A DNA stretch of 53,403 bases, the filler included, from Catajapyx aquilonaris (taxonomy: Eukaryota): the NCBI GenBank assembly GCA_000934665.2. It is 2 parts of 2 records of this genome, joined end to end, with 100 filler letters (N's around TTAATTAATTAA, not from the genome) between each part and the next. Parts side by side here need not be neighbours in the genome. Positions count along the whole stretch, not along the records: positions 26,752 to 53,403 come from JYFJ02005178.1; 1 more part is not named here. One strand, written 5' to 3'. A model generated the notes under the pieces. That model did not search any database, had not been told where the DNA came from, and saw only the letters and a list, made by a program, of their open reading frames with translations. Shown piece by piece: positions 38,489 to 50,691 of the stretch. Both the position numbers and the translations under genes were made by a program. Position 1 is the first letter of the stretch. Every line of letters begins with the position of its first letter.

Positions 38489-41400
38489 CTATATAGGCTA
38501 ATCAGGCTGTGTAGCAAATACCTTAGCTATTATATTACTGGACCACAAGCACCATGTCCATATCTATCGAGGCATTTTACAAACCGTAAATTGTAAAGTA
38601 TCAAATTTTATAAGCTTGTGTCGAGCGATCTCTCCGCCTTTCGTTCCGTGATCACTTCCTAGTCTTTGGCCTGTCAAAAATTTTGCTGGAAATTGAGAAA
38701 AAATTAAGATAATTCATCGCAATATCTGGACTATGGTCTGGCTGAGCAATAATAATTGCACCACTTGAACTGTTCGAGACTCACAGCAGCATCCGTGTGT
38801 GGACTGCCATGTGCAGCCTTGCATCATTCTCCAACAGTTCAAATGGAATGAGTTTGAGTATTGCCATTATGATCCAGACCTTACAACGAGTGACCCCTAA
38901 CTAATTTTTCAGCATGCTTTTTTACACCGCTTTTTTGGCAGGCGAGAGGAACCAATATCTAAAGGGATAGGTTTGACGGAAAATGTTCTAGACATAGACT
39001 TACAAAATCGATAATGCTTCTATCTGTATAAGGTTTGTGTACAGTATAAGCTAAATATCTGCTACATCATGACTATATTGATTTAGGGGGGAATTATTCA
39101 AACATTTTAAATGGCCAAACGGATAATATGATATAAGTATGTGCAAAACAGCCCCCATCAGTATGGGGCATACTGTAAATATTTATTTTCTGAACAATAG
39201 AACTATACATTGAAAATTTGTTTCAAAATGTGAAATAGGCTGGTAATGTTCATTCGAAAATATTTACTTCTAAGGCACTATGAGCAATAGACCTAACTCA
39301 TTGACCCTTACTGGAAAATCTCTACAAAGTGTCGAAAATGTCTCCCAGCAGGCACGGTATAGCCTACATCATTTTGCCTTGGCTGTAGTTTAGTTTTAAT
39401 TCAATCAGAATAAAACACCAAGCTTATAAGATAAAGGAAAACACCATCTTCATCGGTCACACACCCGAAGCTGAAAAGTCAAACACCCGGGAGATTAGTT
39501 CGATATACTGTATATAGACGTTAGGCTACGGACTATAGGCCTATTGCAGGGAATCTACTCCCAGATTGCAGAGGATTTGGGCTTACTATATGCTATACCC
39601 TACCATGTCAAGGATTGTCAACAAATCACAAAGAGGATTGCAATAACTCTCTTACCACGGTAATAGCCAAAGTTCCTCTGCATTGGATAGTCAACCCGGC
39701 TATACATTTTGTACACAAAGGCACAAAAACGCATGACACCAACTTTAAAATAAAGCTCACCATTTCCACAAGAGGGCAAGGTCAGCCCGTGTCCTCTGAC
39801 AATGAATCCTGCCCACTCCAACATCTACGCCATCTACGCTAAAACTGATACCATGGCATCAAGGTTTTGACCGCCAAATGATTCATATCACATGAGCATG
39901 AACACGTCACATCTACACCTTACCCTTTGATGATGATATGGGCCAAGTCCTTGAGGTAACTTTGAACCTTCGTAAAGTGACTCATTTCAACACTGGTTTA
40001 CGTATCATCTGCGAAGTAAAAGGATCGAGAGAGAGAGAAAAAGCAAACAAGCCAAAGCGACGAGACGAGGGACGGAAGGATGCCGCCAAGGTTGTAAGTG
40101 GGTCAACAACACACGCAGCTCAGTTGCGACATGTTGTCGACGACTACATACTGTGGAGGACAGTATCATTGGGAAGAAGGAGTTAGATAGGTAGCCTACA
40201 GTACAGCTCGCAAGTAAGTCACGCACGTGCCAGATACTTACGTGCAGAACTCACCAATCCCAGGGGTTCAGAGGTCGATTCAATGCCGGGAATTCAGTAT
40301 TGTTTCTTGGCCAGAAAACTCCCACGTTTTATCACTTGATTATCATCCTTTTCATGTGCCGTGTAGATTAGGCTTCCATACATAAGTTAATTAAAATTGG
40401 CCGTTTTTTTGTTTTTTTTCATTCATCCGGCTCATTTTGCCACATTTTGAATGGAAAGGTGTGGACAAGAGACAAGAGACTCAGGAGCTCTGGTACCCTT
40501 ATTAACCGAATCCTGACCTATCTTACAGTATTAAAAATAGCATAGATACAGTATGCTATGAAAGACCGCGAGGACAAGGTCGGCATGCCTCCACGAAGGT
40601 GTCCCCATCCGCCTGTTATAGGCTGTGCTGCTGGCGAGCTTCACCACATTGCGCGTGTTCTATGGTTGGACTTTGTGGCGACTGGAAATAGTCGGTCGGT
40701 GATCTCTTTGTGTGAGAGCTTACATAAAGGTCGTAGACATGCGAACCATTTAGTCGTCCTTCAGTACGCCCTTACCTATCCGTCCGGCCAAGCACCGCTC
40801 TTTATGAGTGTAATGAGTCTTTTGGCAGCTTTCAGAGACCTGTCTCTGCAGGTATATATGCCATAGAATTCATGGCCGTATATTGAACAATTAATTGGAT
40901 TTTACATAGCATGTATGCACATGCCTGCAGAGGGGTGTGTGCAAGCACTGCAAAAATAGCTGACACGATATACAATGCCAAAATATGTGAAACTTGCAAT
41001 GGTTGTTTCTTTCTCAGACAAATTTTAATGACTAAAGGGTAAGGAAAGACGCACGTGGATTCAAAATGTTTGCATGCAATCTGACTTTCGTGCTAAGAGA
41101 TCGTGAAGAGGACGCGTATGATACATAACAGTGTAGCTTATGTAAAGTGATGTACTTTACGTTATTCCATCACCCATCAGGTAGAAATAATGAAAGAAAA
41201 CAGCTCTTGAATATTTACTTCATTGACGTCGAGTAGCATTTCTTTTACACAGCCTGTACCCGTGTACCGTGAACATTTCCGGCTGCCACATAACTAATCC
41301 TTTTACCTTGCTAGCCTTTGCCTGATATATATTTAAGATCATAGTGAACACTAACGTAGAGGAATATTTTTCCTAGCACATTATGCGTATTACTATCGGA

Positions 41401-42799
41401 ACAAAATCAGAAAAATTAATCTTTGGCAGAATGTTGCTAATTCATTTACACTGACCAAATTAATTTACTGAAAAATTTTCAAAGATAAATAATGCCATGC
41501 GGTATCATTATAATATACTTTAACAATGCATTGTAATAGGGCATATACACCTCTTAATACCGCATCACGTAAGACTTCTATCATTCACCTACATTCCCCT
41601 ATAAAAGGGCTCTGCCCTATTTAGGGGTCGCGGGGAAAAAACTACACCTAAGCATGGGGTATAAAGAAATAGATAAATACATATGTGTTCAATTGCCGTA
41701 ATTAATTTTACTTTTATAGCGCGGGTATATATTTATGTGAATCAAAACGTGTCATTAATATTGTTAGACGGTTTAAATGTTACCGCTGATAAAAATATTT
41801 TGCACCAGTATCTGCAAGAACTCGACCCGATATCAAACAGGCTATCAAGTGCACATGACGCAACCTGCTGCATGTCGCTCTTATCGGTCAGGCTAGTATG
41901 AGGTGGTATAGCTCATCTTTTGTTAGAACCAAGATTCCACGCACCGACTTATCTGAAAGCGACCTACCCGATCATAACTCTAACTGAGGCCAATTAGAAA
42001 TTCGGCAAGACGGCAGAGTTATCATGCCTTGCTGCGTATAGAATAATTTCCGAGGTAGGTACTGTACTTTGTTATACGTTATACTGTATTAGACTACTGT
42101 ATGTTTCTTAAAATATACATAATTATTAAGTTTAAACGTGGAGAAAATGGGTATAGCCCGTTCATACCCGAGAAAAATATATAAAATAATGAATTCTCAG
42201 TTCCTGTTGTCTGGATTCATTGATAGCTATTGGCAAAGTTCAAGAATATTCCCAGGATCTAGCTTGAAAGAATATTGTAATCGTGCACCCGAAGGAAAAG
42301 TATGAAACAGCTGCTTTTCTAGGCAGCAATAACATCCTGCTATAGTGTCATCCGTCATGTTAGTATGACGCAATGAAATCGGAAGCCAGACAGTGCTATT
42401 TTGCCCGATATAGCGGAACCTGTCAAATGCGGAAATTTACAGAATTCTGAGGTCCTTCAGTAGCCTGGAACACCCTGTATGTAGCGATATGAACACCCCT
42501 ACACAGCCCATATCTATTAGGGAATATTTTTTGCATAACAGAACGATACTGGTTTCCCTGTATACACGGATAAGGCAAGATGACAGACTTTCCTTCTCGA
42601 AGCTACATAATCGGCTCATTACTTTGATAGGCTTACGTGGCACGATACCGACTTTACTCTAACCCTAACGTACAACCTCGGCTCGCAATTGGCTACTTCG
42701 GAGCTCCGAGCTCCGAAATAGCCCTTGTCTAGAAGGTTATGTGCTAAGCAAAATTCCCCATCGATTCAAATAGTGCGGCTTGGTGCCGCCTGAACAGGC

Positions 42800-43144
42800 T
42801 CCAAAATGGCCGGCCATGCGCCTTGAGATCAAAGATGGCGCTAGAATCGCAACCCTTTATATACACATGACTCCTTGCAACCATAGCATGTGAGCATTTC
42901 CCAAGTTCATGCTGAGTCATTAGGTCGTCTGACTTCACTCCGCCGATTTATTATTTCGTTGTCGCTTCAAAGGACTGGAGTGGTACAAGTGCAGTGGAAG
43001 TTGTTGTCCACCATTGATGATTTTGAGGTAAAGCAAGTAGTTTCGTACAGGTGTATATGGGCTCGGAGAACCGGTGTTTTCGTGGTATTGTTGGATTTGT
43101 GGGTATGCTTTGTTGTAAAACGTGCGTTTGGGAGACTGGTGAGT
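42800..43144 (+). promoter_or_regulatory. Candidate cnc promoter / non-coding first exon with perfect CNC-sMaf (ARE/NF-E2) site TGCTGAGTCAT at 42910-42920
   Basis: CpG-containing block with YY1-type AAGATGGCG (42832-42840), TATA-like tttatata, the ARE and a GTGAGT donor at 43139. The cnc coding exon begins with a splice acceptor, so an upstream exon is required. Confidence 0.5.
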
Positions 43145-43778
43145 TACACTTTGCATGACTGTGTTCAAAGAGTGAGAGAAGGGTAGTACTCCGAGGACAA
43201 AGTTTGACCAATACTAGTGGTCATTGTTGCGTCACTCGTGTGGTTTTAGGGAAAGTGGATGAAGGTAGTTGTTTATGTTATTGTTGCAATTGGTACGTAC
43301 AACAATAGGTGCTGTTGTATGTGGGAGTGGGGTACTGTGGGTATTTTCAAGCCATTGTCACTGGTATACAATATAGTAGAAATTATTGCTAATAGTATTG
43401 AGTTGAAAGTGATGTCATTGCCAACTTGTGGTTTCATCATCATTCAGTTAAGAAAATATGTTTTATATTTAGCAGTTATCTACTTTTACTGTGTTGATAA
43501 GCGAAAACTTGAAGACAATTTTCCAGAAAATGCATTCATGTCTTTTCCTCTAATATTTTATTGCAGTGCAGTGCGCTAAGTAGAGGATACCTACTGTACT
43601 CGTGGTTTCAGTTACATGAGGTTTGGAAATATTACATAAATATCAAGTAAAAATATTCAATTAAAAGTCCAAAAATTAGATCGTAAATTTTAATTCATAA
43701 ATTTTGTATGCACCTGCCTGCCTGGGCAGTCATTTTTATAATAATGCAGTAGTGTATTGTTATAACTTATTTTATTAT

Positions 43779-44032
43779 AGGGTGACACGGTGGCAGAGTG
43801 GTTAACGCCACAGCCTTCCACCTCTAAGGTCCCGAGTTCAATCCCCGGATCGAACAGAGGATGATTATGTGGATAGAGTTTCGATGTTTTTTTTCCTTGT
43901 TCGTGTGGGTTTTCTCGGGGTTCTTCCGTTTCTGCCTGCTATCAAAACCCATCACATCAAAGGCAATGATTAAAGTCGGTCCATTAAAAGATGATCCCCT
44001 AAAAAGCCCTAGGAGGCTTATCACGGGGTATC

Positions 44033-44075
<43 letters not shown>

Positions 44076-44104
44076 GTTGTTGTTGTTGTTGTTGTTATTG
44101 TTGT
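43779..44104 (+). mobile_element. tRNA-derived SINE, family B (V-domain-like body), (TTA)n/(TTG)n tail
   Basis: A box tggcagagtgg, B box agttcaatcc; 16-bp TSD taacttatttt(a/c)ttat; second copy at 51630-52158. Confidence 0.9.
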
Positions 44105-45984
44105 TAACTTATTTTCTTATTGTTATTATTATTATTAACTTATTATTATTATTATTTTTGTTGTCTTAATGTGTACAATTTTGAAATTAAACTGGATCGT
44201 GTGTGTATGTGTCAAAAAAATATTTTAAAAATATGATTTGATAATATACATGGTTTTAAGCATCCACTGGGGAGCTTGGAACCTATCCCCCACAAATATG
44301 GGGAGAAGACTGCATCACATTTTATGGGACGAAAAAAAACAAAAAAAACTTGACAAATTGAAACTTGTCTAAAACTTTCGGTTCGCTTGTTATTTGTTGT
44401 TATACTCTTTAACGCTGAGCGTAACAGCAGGGCTCTTTTATTAAAGACATATAGCTTGTAGGCCTTGGCTGCACAACTCTGTCTGATTTTTAAACTGAAT
44501 TAAAAACCTGCTTTTGATATCTGCTGATGCTGTTAGTAGCAAGCTGGGTGGTTGGCTAGAAAGTGCATGCAAGAATTACCAAAAATCTGTCATGCAAGTC
44601 AGGCACCTATTCTCTAATGTTTACATCAGACCACAAAGGTTTTCCAAGCACAATTTTGGGGTTTTAAATGATGAAGTGACATTTGATCAATTCCAAACAT
44701 AACCTCTGTTCTGCGTGACCCTTTCACATCGGCAATATCTTGTCTGGTGCTATTTAAATTTTTTTTGCAGTGTAGGTCATTAATGCAATACCTGCCTATC
44801 ATGCTACATGGTGACAAATTTTAAAATTATTCAGTGACGTACACTAAACTAACCTAACCTCCTTAACCAAACAAGTAAAATCTAATTAATTAATTTTTCT
44901 AGCCGCATGTAATGTGTGATCTTATAAATTCTTTTGTTGTGGGTTATTCGTCACCTCATCTCATTCCCCGACTTTTTCAACCTTTTAATAATGGGTAATG
45001 CAAAAAAGGGGGTCAGTCCAGTCTCCCAAAATTGACCCTTTCCTGTTGTTGTTCACACCGAAAAAGTATTTAGAACACCCTTGAGTGTTTACCCTAAGCA
45101 GCTCTGAAGTCACTGGCTTTGTGAATCAATCAGCTTTTGAATAACCATTGCGAAGTGTTCTAGGTAGTAACCGTAAGTTAAAAGAAGTGGCTCACACGAT
45201 CATGATTGTCAGCCAGCTGTCGGGAGGTCTATGTCCGGTCATGACGGTTTCAAAGCTATGGTGCCAAGATTTGCAAGGACAATGTTAGGTGCTTTTATTG
45301 CTTTAACCTGAAAGAACACATGTAGTATCGCACCAGTACCTCATATGCTCTTGGTATTTTTACTTCTTCACCCACCTCCATGATCATTACTGCCATGAAA
45401 AGTGGTCTAGAAACTTTTAGACCAACTAGACATAGATTGCACATAACTACTTGGGAGTCTTGGCTATACTTGTGTACAGTATGTCTTCTGAATGTGAGCT
45501 TTGGAAGTTGTCCAAGTCTTTTCCCATTAGGTGTTTTCTGTTTGTAGGTCAATGCTTTGCAGCTTTATATAAGAGGAATATAATCAGTGACGATGTTGGA
45601 GTGGAATCCTTTGCCTTTTTTTTTTCTTTTTTTTGCTGCTCTTAGACTATTGTAATTTTTCCAAAGAGGGGAAACCCCAGTTTAAAAAAAAAAACAATAC
45701 CAATTATGTTACCCTTCCTTGTTATGTAAGCATTATGGAAATTTCAAGTGTTCCACTCTATTTTCATGCAACTTTGTGGATGTTGGTGCTAGATGATGTA
45801 CAAAAGAAAGTGGGTTCAGCATTGTATGTTTTGCGTCTTTCCCACCGGAGGAAGCAGATTACTTGAGGATGTGATATGAAGTAACTCAACTAATGTTGCA
45901 ATCTCATTTTCAGGTGATGACCGATGCAAGGAAGGAATAATTGCAGTTATGTGCAAGTGATGTGATTAGTGAACTCTAGTGACA

Positions 45985-46443
45985 ATGATGTTGGGATTGA
46001 AGAAGCATCTGAGAGACGAGCTTTTACAGCTTGCCCTATTACTTAGTCTACTGAGAGTAGACCCAGACTCTTATTTGGGGGTTGGATTAAATCCAGCTCC
46101 TCCCATTCATAATTTGAACTTAGGTCCCAGTTGGGGTTACATACAGACTCAGTTTCATGACATTCACCGTGGTGCCCCATATCAAGACCATCTTAGTTAC
46201 CTACCTAAAAGTGTTATAAATGAGAGAGATATATTTGAAGACTTGCTCTCTCTGGGAAACTATCACTCTGTTGGAGGTGGACAGCAACGTGATGTTTGGG
46301 CATTCCTCCTCAATGCGCAGTCTTCGGCTGGATCACCTCCACCTGGAGATATCCCTGGTCAGGTTGAAAACCCGTCCACAACTGGTGCTGGGATCATCGA
46401 GCCTGAAGTTCCAGCACTGCCAAATTCTGAACTGAGCCAAGAG
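45985..46443 (+). CDS. cnc: First coding exon of cap'n'collar (CncC) / NFE2L1(Nrf1)-like CNC-bZIP factor; gene is 3'-partial in this window
   Basis: MMLGLKKHLRDELLQLALLLSLLRVDPDSYL...LGPSWGYIQTQFHDI...PKS...DVWAFLLN aligns by eye with the NFE2L1 N-terminus (MLSLKKYLTEGLLQFTILLSL..VDVDTYL..LGPSSAYTQTQFHNL..PKS..EVNAWLVH; NHB1 and NHB2). Acceptor ttttcag| at 45913; strong phase-0 donor GAG|GTGAGT. The bZIP domain was not found in the window. Confidence 0.9.
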
Positions 46444-48155
46444 GTGAGTTGTTTATTGCATTTTTTAAAAAAACAGAAAAGTTAGTTTTTGATTCACAGG
46501 GTATGACCCTGTATCTCTTTTCTTCCACAACTGGTCTGAAGGTTGAACTAGTTGCCCAATTCTAAAGGTTTTTCACCTTTCTGCTTGACGCTGCTCCAAA
46601 ATTAGTGTTTACTGACGCAAAGAGATTCTGATGAGGCAGTCAGGAGGAAGGCCAAGATGGTTATGATGGCAACAAGCCAAGTAATCCTTTGCTCACTTTG
46701 GGAACGAGTGTACAATGTGACTCTTCTACCAATGTAGCATGTAGGCCAACAAAATCATTTGTCGTGTATGAGGGATGTGATTAGTGACTGGCGATGTTAC
46801 TTGGAAGGAGTGAAGGTCATCTTGTTTGATCCACCATTGAATGTTTAGGAATGGTGTGATTTCTGACCAATTTTCGTTTCTAATTGGTGGACACATTGCT
46901 GGGTTAACAAACTCAGCCAACATGAACTTACAGATTAGCTTGATTCTTTTATCTGTTTTGTGCTGATAAATTTGTATTCAGTTTCATTTTAAAAGATATC
47001 AGGTGATGTCATGTGAACCAGATGGTTCTAGAAGGCATTGGAGACGATTGTGCTCAAAGTGTTAGCGGCAGCTGATAGATTAACGATTTTGCTAGGGTGC
47101 ATTGGGTAGAGGATGTGGCCTTGACTAGGCTGAAGCCACTTCAGAGTGTAAATTTATTATTATAATTCTGCTGTGACTAGCTAAAATCTCACGTGATCTT
47201 GCATACTCCCATGCTATCCCCTAGGGAATTTGGAAGAGCGCAGCAGCTCTGTTAATTTGATGTGCACAGTGTTTAAAAATTAAGATGAAATATTAATATT
47301 ACCAGGGAGTTGAATTCTCATGAAGGAAGTTTTACCTTGATCAGACCTTGAAAATGACAACACGTGTGGATGTAACATACAAAGAAAATGGTAGCATCTC
47401 CATTATTGTTTTTTACTGTGCCCTGAGGATGTCAAAACATCCTTATGTAAGTCATACAAAAAAATTACATGTAAGGTGTTGCAATAAGTGACGTAAAGAT
47501 GGGGAAGATTTGACCAGTCCACTTTGGGGAAAGGATGAGCAGCGTTATATGCATTCACTGTTGTTGAGGATATAAATTGAGGTAAACTACAAAGTTGGCT
47601 TAATGCGTTAAGCTTGATTCATTTCTTGGCATTGCACAACAAAAAAGGCCTGAGGGAGTAGAATCAAGGGCATATTGCATGGCAAACTGGGATTTTATTT
47701 GCGACACAAAAGGGTTATTTCAAGGTCATTGGGCTCCTCTGCAATAGGTTACAAGTTTAGCACATGGATGGGCAGCAATGCAGAACTAAAGTCATATNAA
47801 AATATTAGCCTGTAATATTACATTGTGTGACCCAACCTTTTAAAATCCTGCAAGAGGGTCTGGCCTGGAATTCTTGGGTGCAGTATAGCCATTGCTGCTC
47901 TTGTGCCACTAAAAGCCCAATCAATCAATTAATCAGTTAATCAATCTGGCCTGCAAAAAAAAAAAAAAAGTTCCATCATCAATGTCTGATGCCAATAAAT
48001 CCATTGCAATTCAGAACATGGATGAATGATTCAGTTTTGCCTAATGTTTAGCAGCAAATAATTTTGATAACCACTAAAAGTAACTATTCTGAAGTAACTG
48101 CTTAAAATAAGTAGGTAAATGCCAAAATATCGATAACTACTGTGGGGGAACTCAC

Positions 48156-48421
48156 TATATCGCATCCCGGAAATAACAGGGGCACAAGTCCAACAATGAC
48201 GATTTTGACTTATTACTAGAGCAGTGTCCATGACCGTGTGCACATTCAGAATGCATATTCTGATTTAAAGAAATTAATAATTAATAATTCTGATTATTCG
48301 AATGCTGCATCAATACCTGATTTATGATAACACTATACCAACACTATACAACTTTCAAAGTGCTCTCCTGTGAAATTGACTTTTTGGACTTGTGCCCCTG
48401 TTATTGCCGGGGTGCGATATA
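48156..48421. mobile_element. MITE with ~38-bp TIRs
   Basis: atatcgcatcccggaaataacaggggcacaagtccaa is inverted at the right end with 2 mismatches. Confidence 0.75.
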
Positions 48422-48620
48422 TGCATTTTAATGGCCCAATAAAACAAGGGCCAAAGCCCTGCTGGGTAGAAAAGTTTATGTGGGTGCATAATTATTTTTA
48501 TGGGCCAATGCCATGATTGCTTTTTCCAGGCTGCCAAAATTATTAGTGGAAATTGTTCGTAATAATCCAGATGAAAAAGTGAAACTCAGTTTTGTTCTAT
48601 AGATTTGGGTTTTGCAAATA

Positions 48621-49444
48621 CAGGTTGTACCTGGTTTACGCCGATAATAATAGGTTCCAGCAAAATGTGGCGTAAAGTGAAAAGGCATAAAACGAGACAA
48701 AATTATAATGGAAGTAAATGAGATAGGTTCCACGATTTCCAAAATTTTCCCTCAGACAGTACTTAAATTGCTGTTTTTAATGCTGACTATTTGAAACATT
48801 TTATTATGCACATTTAATGGGAGGTTCCAGGTTGAGGGTCATTAGGTTCTGAGGCCTCTTTTCGCTTCTTTTGGTAAGAACTGCAGTAGACGTAGGGTAT
48901 TTAACAGACTTCGGAGAGTGCCGGGACCAACAATACGGTACTGTATATATCGATAGACACCGCCACAATGCACCACGAAAAACAAAATAAAAACATCTAT
49001 GGTAGTGTGTTCAAACTCAGAAGTGTTACCGAAACAGGTTGGTGTAGGGGATAAGGAGCCGGCCTGCTAATCGGGAGGTCCTGGGTTCGAATCCCGGGGC
49101 CGGCGACCCTGACCATGGTTTTCTGTGGTTTTCCATGGTCCCTCCAGGACAATTCCGGGGTAGTTTCCATAAAAAATAGGCCACAGCCGCTTCCTTCCCT
49201 ATCCCTGGTCCCATCCAATGGTGGTAATCCACCCCCCTAAGGGAGCCAAAGGGTCTAGCACGGGGTGTGATAAATAAAAATAAATAAATAAACTCAGAAG
49301 TGTTGCAGTGACGTGTTTATGTTCTGATTGTGTCATCGTCAAATTTTTCACAATTTTCGATTTAAATATTTGAAAGAGCCATTTTCAAACCGGTGTTAAT
49401 GTGAAATGGCATAAAATAGAGTGGCGTAAAACTGGTATGTACTG
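48621..49444 (+). mobile_element. pogo/Tigger-like non-autonomous element, tandem copy 1
   Basis: TA|caggttgtacctggtttacgcc ... ggcgtaaaactggtatgtactg|TA; colinear with 49447-50412. Confidence 0.82.
49028..49289 (+). mobile_element. tRNA-derived SINE, family A, (TAAA)n tail
   Basis: B box ggttcgaatccc; perfect 15-bp TSD aaactcagaagtgtt (49013-49027 and 49290-49304). Confidence 0.93.
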
Positions 49445-49446
49445 TA

Positions 49447-50412
49447 CAGGACGTACCCATTTTACTCTGTCAATTGGTTCCAGAAAAACATGGCGTAAGT
49501 GAATAGGTGTAAACCGAGACCAAATTATAATGTAAGTAAATGAGAGGTTCTAAATTTTCTAAAATTATTCCATAGGGAGTAATAATAATAATAATAATGA
49601 TAATAATAATAATGATAATAATAATGATAATAATAATGATAATAATAATAATGATAATGCTGGGGTAATGTGCTTTCGCTCCCAAATGGGGGCATATCGC
49701 ATGGACCTTTATTTGTTGAGGTACATTTGGTGCCTATTCATTTGAAAAGCCCGGCCCCACAGGCAGGATGACAGGAGGGGATGTGCAAGGTGCAGTGCAA
49801 TGTCTTAATGTGGCCATTTTTAGTGAACTCCCCCGGGTGGTTTAGTCTGTGGAAATACCACCCAAGACGAAGCCAGAGGTGACCCTGAACTCTGCACGAG
49901 ATGAAGGGGGTGTCCCCGGGCTGGGATTGAACCCGGGACCTTAACATCTGTGGGCGCGTACGTTACCGCAGCACCACTTCGCCTCCCTTATTCCATAGGC
50001 AGTACTAATATTGCTGTTTTTAATGCCGAATATTTGAAATATTGATTAATGGGAGGTTCCAGGTTAAGGGTCATTGGGTTTTGAAGGCTCCTTTCCTTAT
50101 TTTGGGAAGAACATACTGTAGTATACGTTGGGTATTTAACAACGGTTCGAGTACTTCGGGGAGTGCCAAGACCAACAATCCAGTACTGTATATATTGATA
50201 GAACCTGCCACATAGCACCAGGAAAAACAAAACAAGAGCCTTTATGGTTGTGTTTGGGCTCAGAAGTGTTGCAGTGATGTGTTTATGTTCAGATTGTGTT
50301 GATATCCTCAAATTTGTCAACAATTTTCGATAAAAAAATTTCAAATGTAATTTTAAAACCGGTGTTAATGTGAAACAGCATACAATGGAGCGGCGTAAAA
50401 CAGTACTTCCTG
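49447..50412 (+). mobile_element. pogo/Tigger-like non-autonomous element, tandem copy 2
   Basis: TA|caggacgtacccattttac ... ggcgtaaaacagtacttcctg|TA. Confidence 0.82.
49577..49987 (-). mobile_element. tRNA-derived SINE, family C, (TTA)n tail
   Basis: Minus strand: A box tggtgctgcgg, B box ggttcaatccc; 12-bp TSD ttattccatagg (49565-49576 and 49988-49999). Confidence 0.88.
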
Positions 50413-50443
50413 TATTGGCATTTCAAATTTCAATATTGCAATT

Positions 50444-50691
50444 GAGGCGCTCAGAGGAAGAAGGCATATTCCAACCAGAGTTCATTTTGAGATAAATGGC
50501 TTTATGTGTTGTAAGACAATAGGTTTTTTCCATTACGGACCAATTTTACAAGTGGAATATGTGAGCTTTGACATATCCCAATTCATTTGGTACTTCAGCA
50601 CATGAAAGGTAGATGGCAGGAGAGTACAACACCACTATAATATCAAAATTGGAGGTCGGTTGGGATATGCCATTCTTCCTTTGAGTGCCTC
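50444..50691 (+). mobile_element. MITE with GAG termini and AATT TSD (Sola-like), copy 1
   Basis: aatt|gaggcgctcagaggaa...ttcctttgagtgcctc|aatt; inverted copy at 52658-52904. The superfamily assignment is inferred from termini only. Confidence 0.85.

Noticed and set aside
47720..47728. TCAAGGTCA FTZ-F1-type site in the cnc intron
   Set aside because: A single 9-mer is close to chance expectation in 53 kb on two strands.
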